In this document: one piece after another, positions 24,686 to 37,495 of the stretch | Layout of the letters: each line of letters starts with the position of its first letter | Numbering within the stretch: the first letter of the stretch is position 1 | Origin: Octopus sinensis | Lineage: Eukaryota | Assembly (NCBI RefSeq): GCF_006345805.1 | Contig: NC_043006.1 | Coordinates: 57,784,001 to 57,848,000, forward strand | Length of the DNA: 64,000 bases | Direction: 5' to 3' | Position numbers and translations under genes: made by a program | Notes under the pieces: generated by a model | Databases searched by the model: none | What the model saw: the letters and a program-made list of their open reading frames with translations, nothing else | What the model was told of the DNA's origin: nothing

Positions 24686-25936
24686 TTGGGTTGGCAACTA
24701 AGTTCCCGTGGGTTTTTTTTTAATTTAAATATTTTTAAAGGTTTAAAACAACTAATTAATCAATAATATATTCACCCTTGTTGTTTATAACTTCTTCCCA
24801 ACGTTCAACAAGATTTTCAATACCTCGTTGGTAGAAATCATCCGATTTCAACTCGAAAAATTGATCTAACCAAGCTCTCATTTCTGCATCAGTATTGAAC
24901 GAAACAGTGCAGAGCATTTGAAAGAGATCAAAAGAGGTGGAAATCCGTTGGTGCCAAATCCGGAGAGTATGGTGGGTGTGGCAGCACTTCCCAGCCATGC
25001 TTTTGAATGACTTCCTTGGTCATATTGCCAATATGAGGGTGGGTGTTGTCGTGCAGCAGAACTCCATGCTGACAATTAGGTCTTTTCTCTTGAATAGCCG
25101 TGTTGAGTCGTTCCATCTGTTGAACATAGAGTTCCACGTTGACTGTTTGGTTCTGTTCAAGCAATTCATAATGGATAATCCTTTTCCCAGTCCCACCAAA
25201 TGCACAACATCGTTTTATGCGGATGAAGATCTTGTTTCATGCGTGGTGTCTCTTGTTTACCAGGGCTAAGCCATTCCTTCATATTGATGTACAGGTACCA
25301 TTTTTCGTCACCAGTAACAATTCGGTAAAGAAATTGTTGCTTGTGTCCAAGAGTTGAGCGGTGACAAGCAAGTAAACCAGCGGAGATTGTAGCTTGTTGA
25401 TTTTTGTTGTTGTCACTTAAAGCATGTGGAACCCATGCTCTATACTTCTGAACCTTTCCCATCGAGTGAAGATGCTTCTCAATAGCAGTGTGGGAACATT
25501 CCAGTTTCTCTGCCATTTCCCTTGTCATCTGACGAGAATTATCGTGCAAAAGTTGGTCTAATCGCTCTTCATTGAACTCAACTGGACGGCTAGAACAAGG
25601 TGCATCTTTGAAGTCAAAATTTCTATTTTTGAACTTGGCATACCAATCATGAGCAGTTCTTTCAGCTATGGCACCCTCTCCATACATAGCACAAATGTCG
25701 CGAGCAGCTTTTACAGCCTTAGAACCTTGATTAAAAGCAAAAAGAAGGAGGTGTCAAAAATGCTTGTTTTTCTTAACTTGACATTCCATTTTAATGATCT
25801 GAAAATAAACAAAAATTAACTAAAATTAACTAGAAAAAAAAAAACAATAGATTCCAAAATGATTCAAAAATAGAATTCCTGAAAAAAATATATTCCAAAA
25901 TTTAAAATAACAACAGGAACTTAGTTGCTAACCCAA
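24686..25936 (-). mobile_element. Full-length (1251 bp) mariner, mellifera-subfamily-like, with pseudogenised transposase (~24756-25789)
   Basis: TA TSDs (24684-24685, 25937-25938); TIR TTGGGTTGGCAACTAAGT; protein MECQVKKNKHF*HLLLFAFNQG...WVPHAL...IVTGDEKW...HDNTHPH...HPPYSPDLAPTDFHLF...GEYIID with stops and frameshifts. Confidence 0.95.
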
Positions 25937-26010
25937 TATATATTTGTGTGTGCTGTTCTCTATGTATGGTGAATAAAAAGTCTATGGTAGAGGTCAGCAT
26001 AATACATTGA

Positions 26011-26305
26011 TCTATATATATATATAAAGATGAGAATGTGTGTGTATCTGTCTGTGTGAATCCCTAAAACTTGAGAACTACACCAACCAATTTCATTCAA
26101 ATTTTACACATGCCTTACTTAGGGTCCATGTAGTGTCATAGGCCAAAAAAATTTTTAACTTGCACTAGGCAAGCCCAGAGCAATATCATATCTCCTCCAG
26201 TATTTCAGTCAAAATGAAACAATAACATCTCTATTGTAATGTCAGATATTTTCACTTTAATAGTTTCACTTTAATACTGAAACTATTAAAGTGAAACTAT
26301 TATCT
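26011..26305 (+). mobile_element. Non-autonomous Helitron 5' fragment
   Basis: A|TCTATATATATATAAA start, then (gtct)n and ...caaccaatttcattcaaattttacaca, like the 5' ends at 26963 and 28042. Confidence 0.55.
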
Positions 26306-26457
26306 CATATATACAAGCATACATATATATATATATGTATAGATGTATATGTATACATGTATATATGTAGATGTATATATATAGATGTACATGTAGTATG
26401 TACACATATATATACACATATATACATGCATACATATATACACCCATACACACACAT

Positions 26458-26790
26458 AGGTGCAGGTGTGGCTGTGTGGTAAGAAACTTGGTTCCAAAAC
26501 ACATGGTCCTGGGTTCAGTACCACTGTGTGGTGACTTGGCATGTGTCTTCTGCTGTAGCCTCAGACCAACCAAAGCCTTGTCAGTGGATTTTGTAGACAG
26601 AAATTGAATGAAATCAATCGTATATACACGTATGTATATATGTAAGTGTATGAGTGTCTTTGTCTCTGTGTTTCTCCCTCATCAATGTCTCACAACTGCT
26701 GTTCATTTATTTACATCCCCATAACTTACTTGTTTCACAAGAAGAAACTGATAGAATAAGTACCAGGCTTATCAAAATAAAAAAAAAGCA
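26458..26790 (+). mobile_element. tRNA/CORE-type SINE
   Basis: Same head, core and 3' modules as the copy at 41144. Confidence 0.8.
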
Positions 26791-26862
26791 CTAGGCAGTG
26801 TCTCATATTTTTGTTTGCCCACTCAGTTGTATCTATCAATCTATCTCTTTGTGTGTGCGCGC

Positions 26863-26936
<74 letters not shown>

Positions 26937-26962
26937 CATGTATGTATATGTGTATATTCATA

Positions 26963-27868
26963 TCTATTATATAAAAGTCAATGTCATTATGTGTGTTCGT
27001 GTGTTACTTGTACATTCCAAAACTGCTGCACCGATCATAATGAAATTTGGAACACAAAATCCAAGCCTAGGGAGAAGGGTAATGTTGTGTGTTTCATACA
27101 ATTTCATGGACCAAAATTACTGAATGGATCCTTATGATATTTGGAACTTAGATTCAATGCATAAGGGCGGGTATAATGCAGTATGTTTGGTTGGGATTTG
27201 AGATGGCTTAAAGGAGGTAGAACCCCCATGAAAAATCATAAATTTTTGATGTTGATGAAATTTCAGCCATAGGTAATTGACACACATAAAGAAGTATTCT
27301 CAAAGTTTCCACTTCTCATGAGGATTCTAAGACACCCTAATGGGGGCATTAGCTCCCAAATTTTAGTCATTTTTTATAATCCAAAACTAGGTGAAAAGTA
27401 CTGAATGGACCTTTATGAAATTTGGAAATTATATTCTATGCATAAGGGCCATAATCCCCATGGAAATTCATATATTTTGGCTGTTGATGAAATTTTAACC
27501 ATAGATATTAGACACAAATGAAATAATATTTCTAAAATTTCATCTTCTTAGAAGTTACAAAGACCCCTTCATGCGGACTTAACACCCACAATTCAGTCAT
27601 TTTATCTAAGCAAAGACAAATACAGTTGTACTCTTTTAACAGGTTCCATAAGACTGGAATTTTGAATTCTGCACATAAAGATCAGTAGTATGGGATATAT
27701 GTGTCATGATTAGAATTTTTTTAGGGTGTGTAAAGAGGGAAAGAACCCTCATCTGCAATTTTGATGAAATTCGAATCATAGTTATTCCAGTTCATTAGAG
27801 AAAATATAACAGAAAAGTCTAATTCTTCAATTGCATGTAACACAGGCAACGCCGGGTATCTCTGCTAG
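26963..27868 (+). mobile_element. Non-autonomous Helitron with internal ~280-bp tandem duplication
   Basis: A|TC 5' end; 3' hairpin caggcaacgccggg then CTAG; duplicated blocks at ~27114-27390 and ~27396-27610. Confidence 0.8.
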
Positions 27869-28041
27869 CAAACTAATAAAAGACTACTGTCAATGTTTCA
27901 GAAACATTGTTTATTAATAATGATATAAGAAAATATTCACTGTCAGTATAAAGAAAATCAACTGAAATAGATTAAGTTAAATTTGAATACTATTTGTCTT
28001 ATGAGTCTAGTACTTTTGTCTTTTGCAAACAAAGATTGTAA

Positions 28042-29280
28042 TCTCTCTCTCTACATATATATATATATAAAATTCTGTCTGTCTGTCTGTTCTCTATGCA
28101 TTCTCAAATGGCTCTACCAAATCAAATCAAACTTTACAAGGTGATAGTATTACACCCCGCAAGTCAACATGTAAATTTTATTTTCATTTGCATTCAAACA
28201 GCATAACATTTTCTCGAAAACAATCTTTCTATAGTCAACTATGATAAAGGGCATTTTATACCACCATCACAACACATTTTGTATATGAGACTATGTGTGT
28301 CTATGAGTGTGTGTGTTCGCACATTCATTACGTACCACACAGTAAAGGACATTTTATACCAGCACCACCACCACCACCACCACTACACATTCTGTATATG
28401 AATGTGTTTGTGTGTTTGTTACATAAATGTATGTCTGTCTTAGTATATGTATGTTAGTGTATGTGACAGTATGTGAGTGTCAGTGTATGTGAGAGTATAT
28501 TATGTGTGAGTATGCATGATTATCAATTAGACTGATGTAAACTGGCTATGTGAAAGAGCTATACTGCCTCCAACTAATGAAATGGTTGATAAACTCAACC
28601 ATGAACTTCTAAAGTTAACACATATATCAGAAATGTCTTTTCCATCAACTCACACAACAATCAATCAAGATCAGGCTATTCAATACTCTGTTAAATATCT
28701 GAACACATTTAAACCCACTGGGATGCCACTGCATAACTTCACACTAAAGCCCCCTTTATGTTACTTAGGAATCTTTACCCTCCACACCTGTGTAATGGAA
28801 CTTGCTAAATTGTTGCTTCCATGAAGCCTCCTGTTTTACAGGCAACAATCATAACAGGTAGTCACAAAGAAGAAAATGTCTTCATTCCAAAATTTCCTCT
28901 CATACCTACAAATGTTCCATTTGAATTTAAGAGGCTTCAGTTTCCAGTCAATCCCTCAAGGTAGTTGGACTTCATCCCTCTACTACATGCTTCTCCCATG
29001 ACCAATTCTATGTTGGTTGCTCACGAGTTGGAAGCAGCAACAATTTATTCATTTGGACACCAACAAAAAATTACACAATGAATACTGTTTACCCTCAGGT
29101 GCTTCAAGATTGACAGATTTTCAGTTTTAAATTCTTTTATCAATACAATTCGGATATTTTAAAAATAAAATATAGATATTTTGAAATAATTATGAGGAAA
29201 AAAATGTATCTTTGTATTTATTGTTTACTAATCTGAATAAGAACAGCAGTAACCCAGGCAACACCAGGTAATTCAGCTAG
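28042..29280 (+). mobile_element. Internally deleted Helitron carrying the PIF1-like helicase C-terminus
   Basis: A|TC ... CTAG|T termini with subterminal hairpin cccaggcaacaccagg; remnants WLCERAILPPTNEMVDKLN, KPTGMPLH, MLLRNL..PHLCNGT, VFIPKFPLIP..PFEFKRLQFPV, FSHDQFYVGCSRV. Confidence 0.92.
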
Positions 29281-29364
29281 TGTGTAATATTTATCAAGTT
29301 CTAAGTAATGTCATTATTTGTCTTTCTTAAATTTTGTTTCAGTGTAAATTTATTGATAAAATGT

Positions 29365-30070
29365 TTTCAGAGATGTACTTGCATAGCAAGTGATTTGATC
29401 TGAGATCGTGTGCTGAAACGAAAACAATTGCAGCGTGGTAGGTGTTTGTAAGCCATTTAAGAAACACATAAAAGCTGTTCGATTCACTTCAACATTTAAG
29501 TTTAATTTATCAAATTATTTTCCTCGCTTTAAGACCGCGACCTGTTCAGTGACAAAAATCCGTGCTGCATCTCTTTCTATTTCTTTCTAATATTGTCCAA
29601 CCCATGCCAATAAAGAAAGCAGATATTAATTGATGATGATGATGCTGATGATGATTGTGAATTTACTCTTGAACATTTTGAAAAAGGAAAAATTTTGACT
29701 TTGTTACTATTGCAAATTTCTAAATGTTCACTCAGTGAGATTTTTTTATTTTCATAATTTTCCTTCTGACTGTCATATTGGCTGTGCATTGTGTGTGTGT
29801 TACAGCCATATAGGGAATCTCTAGTCTGACTAATGTAATTTTCTTCACAATTAGGACAGGGCACACAGTATATCAAAATTTTAGTCTCGCAGTTTATGTC
29901 AGCATTTATTTTGAAAGATTTCCCATTTCTTAATTTTATCTCCGAATCTCTCCAAACAAGTTTACTGCATGCCTTTGCATTGCCTTCATTTTCAAAAAAA
30001 TTTGGATAGCTGACAGTACTGGAGTTATTTCACTTGGCTGTTTTGGGAATTTAAGCATGTCTAAGGAGTT
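29365..30070 (-). mobile_element. Penelope-like element remnant (GIY-YIG endonuclease plus pLTR-like segment)
   Basis: NCETKILIYCVPCPNCEENYISQTRDSL...SEHLEIC matches the PLE GIY-YIG pattern (IY.I.C..C...YIGQT). Confidence 0.7.
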
Positions 30071-31288
30071 TTTATCAACTAAATGCATGGATAATCTCAC
30101 TTAATCAGAAATTTTCAACTCACTATGTTACATAAATGAAGACTTATGATACCTATTTAGCAAGCAGTTTCCTTAGCATGCTGTCTATACTTAAGATGCA
30201 GAAAGAACTGTTAGATTGGGTTGCTGATCATGGGAATAGTGGTTTCATTTTATCTCTGCTACAGATAAGATTGAAAGCAACCATGATATCTCCTAATACA
30301 TCATTTAAAGCATCTAATTGCTAAAATCAATGTTTTATGGTGAGAAATGGGTTTAGTGTATGACAGTAAACCAGAAATCAATTTCAAATCAGAAAGCATT
30401 ATGATTTTCAACTTGGACAGACAGGTATATGGATGAAACTCATGTTGTTTTATCTCATTGGGAACTATTCAAGGGATTGCTGAAAAGTTCCTGGATTCAA
30501 GGGACAATGTAGGGCAGATGTGAGAGGCTGGATCTGGCTGGTTTGAACATAAAACAGGTAGAATATTTGCAATGGATATGCTGGTCTAAATGCAATATGG
30601 TTTAAATGCTTTGATAAAATTTGCTTAAACAACTCTTCTCATATCATAAAATATTTTTCATTTGAATATTAACAATGTTGACGTTATTCGATAATCACGG
30701 TCATAATTTATTTTCTTTATAAATGTGTTCAACAAGACAACTTGCTTATTATTTATCTAATTGCTTATTATTTATCTAATTATCTAATCCATTAATAGCA
30801 ATAGATATATGTTATTTAAAAAATTAGCCGGTCATTGAACTCTCCTATCTTCAGTGTAGATTTTTATTATGAGAGTTTGGTACCAACTTTTTCAATCAAA
30901 TATTGAATATGGCTTGCATATGAGTGAAACATATATAAGAGTGAATACAGTGTGTGTGTGTGTGTGTAAAGATATATATATATATATTTGATAACAGTTT
31001 GATTCAGCTTCATGGGGACATGTTTACATCATCAAATGTTTGGAAATATTAAGTAAAGTAATGTGGTGCTGAATCAAACTGTTATTAAACATATGTAATT
31101 CTAACCAAATGTTTCAGTGCAATTTGCTTTTATTTGTTCTCTCACTCCTGTGTTTGTGTCTTGCATGTATGTGTACTTTAATTTCAAGTAAGCTTGTCAA
31201 AATAATTATTAAATCAAGGAATCATAGTAAAACTAAAAGAAAAAGGAATAAATCAGAAGAAAATCAGTAAAAAAAATTATTCACCTAC

Positions 31289-31438
31289 CTCCCCAAACTC
31301 TGGCAACTACTTCCAGTTTATATCGGTCTTCTGGAGTGTTCTGTGGTGTATTTGGTGAAATCTGAATGTAGAATCCTTCCTTATTAAGAAGCTTTAGAAT
31401 ATCATTTGGACCAGTTTCTGCCACACTTCGGAATGTGT
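31289..31438 (-). CDS. Internal coding exon (phase 1-1) of an unidentified gene
   Basis: Acceptor cattccttttcag|AC, donor GAG|gtaggt; only one open frame: xTFRSVAETGPNDILKLLNKEGFYIQISPNTPQNTPEDRYKLEVVARVWG; non-repetitive, protein-like. Confidence 0.75.
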
Positions 31439-31699
31439 CTGAAAAGGAATGAGACTATTGTGAGATGAATTGAATTTGAAGGAGTAAGCAATCAAATTTA
31501 TAAGCGACTCAATCAACCCAACTTGCGCAGTTTGCTGCATACTGCACATGTGGATGGCAGGAGATTGCTATCTGCAGATTATTTCTATTGGTATGCATGT
31601 AGTTTCATGTGATTAGTGAAGTCTACTTTCAAAAGATGATTTATTTGATTTATTTGTCAAGTTACAACAAAAGCAACCTAGCATTCAAGTAGAGGCTAT

Positions 31700-32190
31700 C
31701 GTGTTGCACCGGTCTTTAATCCCACACCATCACCAGTTCTTGTTCTTCAAAGCAAAGAACACCTTCATTGAAACTTCCAGCTCCTCTTTGTTCATGAAGC
31801 CTAGTGAGTGTGGAAATTGAGCCATGGATCAGAATAAGTAACAATCAGAGGGAGCTAGGTCTGGACAATATACTGGATGTAGCATCAGTTCAACTCCCTC
31901 AAGTTCCAGGAGTTTATTCCAAGTTGTTTGAGTGGTATGAGATCTTGCAGCAGAAGAGGTCACTTTCTGCTAACCAATGTTAGGTATTTTAACCAATGCC
32001 AGGTATTTTTGACATGCAATGGCATACTGTCATTCCAGCTGTTCAGAGTACAGGTTGGCATCAGTGGTTCAACCATCCGAAACAAACTCGTAATGAATTA
32101 TGCTCTCATAATTCCACCAAATGCAAAGCATCACTTTGTGTTTTAAACACCCATGTTTGGCAACAGGTTTCAGAAGCTGGCTCTTACTTA
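31700..32190 (-). mobile_element. Highly decayed mariner transposase fragment
   Basis: Reverse translation EGVELMLHPVY-PDLAPSDCYLF, upstream KVMLCIWWNY, and a C-terminal W..H.. region. Confidence 0.7.
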
Positions 32191-33088
32191 ACCATTGCTT
32201 ATACATGTTAAGATTGTGGGAAAATATCTCCCTCAGGATATGACTTGTTCCAGTCCATGGCTCACTTCATGTGCTCACAATACTTCACAACCAAGAGGAG
32301 GTAGAAGCTTCAGAGAAGGTATTTTTTGTTTCAAAGAACAAAAATTAGTATCAGCATGGGATAGAAGAAATGGCAGAAAGGTGGCTTCAGACGGTACAAC
32401 ATGATGGCCTCTTTGAATGCTAGGTTGTTTTGTTGTAACTTGACAACTAAAACAAATAAGCTCCCCAAATATTGCAAAACTCAATTATAATGACACAATA
32501 ATAATGATGATGATAATGATGACAACAATTACGATGATAATGATGATGACAAAGATGATTTAAAAGAATTATGAGAGTTAAAAATATAAACATTATTCTT
32601 GAGATAAAAATTAAAATTTAAGATAATTCAAATTTTTGATTTTCCTTTTCATTTGGTTATTCTCTAAATAATTGACAAGTTCTGATTGCTAAACAATTTT
32701 AAAATAATTCTCGAAATAATACTCATTATTCTTAAGAGAGAATCTATTCATTATGCTTAGGCAAGAATTCTACAAAGAACATCCTGCTTCTATTGTAACT
32801 GCCATCGTACATTTCTGGAAATTCCCATTAAAACATCATATTTGTATAACATTCTTCTAACATGTATGTTAAGATTTAAATGATAATTATTATCTTTAAT
32901 AACATTGGCTGTCATAGAGTTGTAGCAAGATTTCAGCATTCTAAGTTCACATCCCAGATTTGGCACCTAACTTCACTTATATAGACAATGCTATTTCTAA
33001 GGAGCATTAGATGTACAAGGGAGGTCAATATCATATTCTCCTCCTCTGTTAGGGTACAAACCAATACCAGTTGTCAAGCAGTAGAGGT

Positions 33089-33147
<59 letters not shown>

Positions 33148-33337
33148 CACATGACAGACTTCCACACAGTTTCTGCCTACCAAATTCACTCACAAGGCAT
33201 TGATCAATCTAGAGCTATAATAGAAAACATTTTCTCCAAGACGGTTCACAGAAAGTAAAAAGCTATGCCTCCTACTCTCTTTACTGGGAGCATCCATTTC
33301 TGGTTTTAATCCTACTGTAATCAACTTTGCCTTTCAT

Positions 33338-33377
<40 letters not shown>

Positions 33378-33849
33378 TGTGTGTGTGCATGTGTGTATGA
33401 ATGTGTGGAAGAGTCATAAAAGAAACATTAAAATGACTAAGTGGGTGGCACATGTAGCTACCATCTCACAGGGCATGGGTTTAAAACTAATATACATGAT
33501 TCATTGAAGTTCTGTGGAAGGCCTCCTGATACAAAGTTATGCTTCATTTCATCCAATAATCAAGAACAGGTGTCACATCCTGTAGGAATAGTGCCCCCCA
33601 ACAGAATCCAGCCTCTATCCAGAGGTACATCTGTCTCTCATCTGCAGATGTCATGGAATTTGGAATTAAGCACTAGCTTTGTGAAACCCTGAAAGTTGCA
33701 GGAAACATTTAATAATTTTGAAATGTATAAAGCAAAGCAAAAATGGTGGTGATGGTAAAGGTCCTGAACTACTAACCATATGGTCATCAGTTCATACCTT
33801 AATACTGTCATTATATTGTACCTCTAAAGCTGCAAACAAGCAGAATCAT

Positions 33850-34040
33850 TTGCATGCTGCACAAATGCTTAGAAGGGTTTTGTTCACCTTTATGTTCTGA
33901 GTTCAAATTCCACTGAGGTCAACTTTACTTTCGTCCTTGTAGGATCAATGAAATAAATACCAGTAGAGTACTAGGGTTGATGTAACTGACTTGCCCCTCC
34001 CATAAATTTCGGTTCTTATGCCTATAGTAGAAAGGATTAT
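33850..34040 (+). mobile_element. tRNA/Meta-type SINE, decayed
   Basis: ttctgagttcaaattccactgaggtcaactttactttcgtcc core. Confidence 0.65.
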
Positions 34041-34055
34041 ATTGTACTTCTAATC

Positions 34056-34256
34056 CAGTGCTTCTTAACCAGGATCCATAAGGTTTCTGGGGATCCATAT
34101 AAGATTTTGTTGTTAAAATTTGCATGCAATAAATTGCTTATATTTCTATAATGCAAAAAATATTTTAATTTCTTTATACCAAATGACTTTGGCAGTCCAG
34201 GAAAGTAAAATGGGAATTAAAGAGGCCCATAGGCAAAAAATGGTTGAGAAGCACTG
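34056..34256. mobile_element. hAT MITE
   Basis: TIRs CAGTGCTTCTTAACC / GGTTGAGAAGCACTG; perfect 8-bp TSD ttctaatc (nnnTAnnn, Buster type). Confidence 0.92.
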
Positions 34257-35254
34257 TTCTAATCAACGCATTGAACTGTTTGCTTTAACTGAACAAAGGA
34301 AAATAAGCTGTCCACTCCTTCATCATGGTTGGTAGCAGTAGGATGTACAGGCTAAACACCAAACCAAAAGAGAACATTGTCTATGATAACCGAATGTCTT
34401 AAGATATGCTAGTGATAATGTTGAGGGAGCAAGTTTCCTACCATTCACACTGACTCAAGAGATAGTGATGTTGACATGATACTGTCCATTCCTATCTAAC
34501 CAGTTTCCCATCAAAGATATGCTGCTGGTCTGTTTATTCTTATCTCATTATGCCTCAAGGGTATCATAAAATACAAATTATATAAACTCTTACCACAAGC
34601 CTGTGCATCTCACATAAATCATTTGCTCACAGATACATAAACACATACACAGCAAAATATTTAAACATGTACAAACATTATATCCCCCTCACATATATTT
34701 TGGCAATATCCCATGTACATGATTCCACATTCCTACAGAAACCACATTCACACTGAAGGTGTGTCTTGTCTGGTACATTTCTTTCATATTCACACTGCAT
34801 GCCACCAAAAACCTCATGTAGCCCCCACACACACACATACACACACACACACACACATTTTCGTAAGGGGTAACAACTTGCAATCAGCATGTTGCTTCCA
34901 TAAAGTTAAAAATCCTTTCAGTCAACATGAGCAATTCCCTTCCTCTTTACTTCTTAAAACTCGATACATAATAAGTTGATAGGTGAACAAGTTATGGACA
35001 AGTAAAACTCACACAAGTGTTCTTTGTATAAAAAACAGAAAAAAAGAAAAAAAAAACTATAATCCTACTCATAGCTCAATTGACTACAACTTTGAAGTCA
35101 CTGTCAACAATATTCTTGATTAAGAATAAATCTGTACTCTACAAAAGTGTTGAGTAGCCCCTTCAATTAACGTAAAATTGTTTTTATTATAACTAAACAT
35201 AAAAACAAATATTAACAAATATGTAATGATTTATTATATAGTGCTGTGTTTTAC

Positions 35255-35608
35255 AATTCTGTAAATAAAAATATCTTATAAGCTTAAAGCTTATAAGCGA
35301 CCATTGTGAATTGTAAAACATGACACCACTAGCCAAATCATTGCAGAAAATGCACATGCTGTTTGTTTATAAAAACAACGCTATGAAATTAGTTCTTAAA
35401 TCTGATGGAAAGAAACGTGGGTGTAATAGTAGCACACTTGTCGTGAAAACATAAAAGTGTGGGTTTGAGTCTCATGCATATAGAAAACCCTCCTTTTTTT
35501 TTTTCCATTGAGGGCTTATATGCCCCAATATTAGACTATTATCTTTAGTCAATTCATGGTGATTGCTTATAAGCTTTACACTTATAAAATATTATTATTT
35601 ACAGAATT
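35255..35608. mobile_element. TIR-bearing repeat of the same family as 19373-20160
   Basis: Termini AATTCTGTAAATAA...TATAAGCTTAAAGCTTATAAG and CTTATAAGCTTTACACTTATA...TTATTTACAGAATT. Confidence 0.7.
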
Positions 35609-35623
35609 AACACACACATACTT

Positions 35624-35654
<31 letters not shown>

Positions 35655-35970
35655 GTGCATGCATGTGTATAAATAGGGTTATAATTCAAGCTGTGAATTC
35701 TTGAAGCATATTTGCTTATTCCAGAACTCCAAACTTGCATGTAGATGTTATACTTGTGTGAGATGTGCATTAGAGTTGAAAAATACTGGAAAATATGGAA
35801 TTGGTTTTTTTGCCTGAAGAATTTCTAATAGGAAATATGTTACGTGTTTTACCTACATGTACAATTTTGTAATTCTTAATAGCAAATGAAGCACATGTAA
35901 TGTGAACAAATAGTACCAAAAATGTTCTCAATAATCAGTTTTGGTGTGTGTGTGTGTGTGTATGTACATA

Positions 35971-36823
35971 TGTGGTCTGATCAATATGTATCCAGACTGT
36001 TGCTACACTAGTGAAGCTAAAGCACAGAGACTGATCTTGAACTCTGCTGTGCATGCACACTAAGTTTTAACGTTCTAGCTCACTTATGCTGTTTACAGCA
36101 GTGCTTGGAAGGAAGGTGTGTAGCATATAATAATCACATTGACCATGTCAGAGAAAGTTGAGCAGAGAAACTGCATCAAATTTTGACAAAAGCTTGGCGA
36201 TACCTGCTCAGAGGCCGATGCAAGGTTTTCAAACAGTTTTCATTGGAAATCTTGTACAACTGAAACACGAGTGTCTCTTTAGTCAGCTGTAAGCAGTTTT
36301 GGCATAAACTTGGCAGACACGTGTCTCACACCCAAATCTTCAATGATAATGGACTGAACTGAACTGTAACTAATCTCCACATCCTCTGATAACTGACAGA
36401 TGGTGATTTTATGATTTCCCCTCACAGCTACACACATATCTGCAATATTTTTCTCAGTTCTGCTGGTTGCAGACCTCCCAGAATGTTTGTCAATATCAAC
36501 ATATTTTTGGCCATCTTGGAAACGTCTGAACCACTTGTACACTTGTGTATGGCTCATACACTCCTCTCCATATATTTTCTGCAACTTCATGTGGGTCTCA
36601 GAGTAGGTATCACCATGACAACGTTCTCTGTCATGGTCAATGCAATGATCACATGCTACACACCTTCCTTCCAAGTACTGCTGTAAACAGTAGAATTGAG
36701 CTAGTATGTTGAAACTTAGTGCACATGTACAGCAGAGTTCAAGGTCAATATGTGCCAAGAGGCTTCACTCTATGTGCTTTATCTTCATTACTATGACAAC
36801 AGTCCGGATACTTACTGATCAGA

Positions 36824-36828
<5 letters not shown>
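35971..36828. mobile_element. Mariner derivative made of two inverted 5' ends
   Basis: TIRs GGTCTGATCA.TA.GTATCC.GACTGTTG at both ends; + strand MSEKVEQRNCIKF*QKLGDTCSE and - strand ..GDTYSETHMKLQKIYGEECMSHTQVYKWFRRFQDG...SGR...VSAKFMPKLLT. Confidence 0.85.
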
Positions 36829-36859
<31 letters not shown>

Positions 36860-36957
36860 TTTAATTTAGAACATTTGAGAACATTTCTTAGTGGTAAGGC
36901 CATAGCAGATCTATTTCTAGCATAAGGGTGTCCACATAGTGGTTCCCCTCTAATATG

Positions 36958-37012
<55 letters not shown>

Positions 37013-37142
37013 GTGCATGTGAGTGTGTAGGTCAATTTCAATAATGACCCACACATCACTAAAGCTTACAACCAGTCTATAACAGATATTACAAAATCTT
37101 GTAACAGCACTTCCATATGGTGAAAACTACAAGGACTTAAAC

Positions 37143-37495
37143 CAATGCTTCTCAAAGTGGGCAGCACTATACTTGGGAGGGATGGATTTAATATGGTTAC
37201 TAGAAATAATGGAGCAGGAGGGAAAGAGAAGGCATCTCTAAACTGGTCAAATTTTCAGAATTATTTTCAATTTCGTTTTGTGTTTGAATCATCTGGTAAT
37301 ATCAGTGGTCAAAATGTTATTTTGACATTCCATACTATACCTATGCAGCTGACATATGTACAAATAATGTTTCAATGGCAATCGCCAATCGGCAGCAATT
37401 TTATGTGGTATATTAAATTTTGTTGGATCGTAGCAAGTGGATAAATGAAAAAAAAACAGTAAAAGAAAAGGTGATAGTTAGTTTGAGAAGCATTC
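37143..37495. mobile_element. hAT MITE
   Basis: TIRs CAATGCTTCTCAAA / TTTGAGAAGCATT; TSD acttaaac/atttaaac. Confidence 0.8.

Noticed and set aside
29515-29555. Hammerhead-like CTGAACA-stem-GAAA on the minus strand in a Penelope pLTR (similar at ~31010-31040 and ~54700-54732)
   Set aside because: Core deviates from CUGANGA and no valid cleavage triplet or stem I; at most inactive relics.
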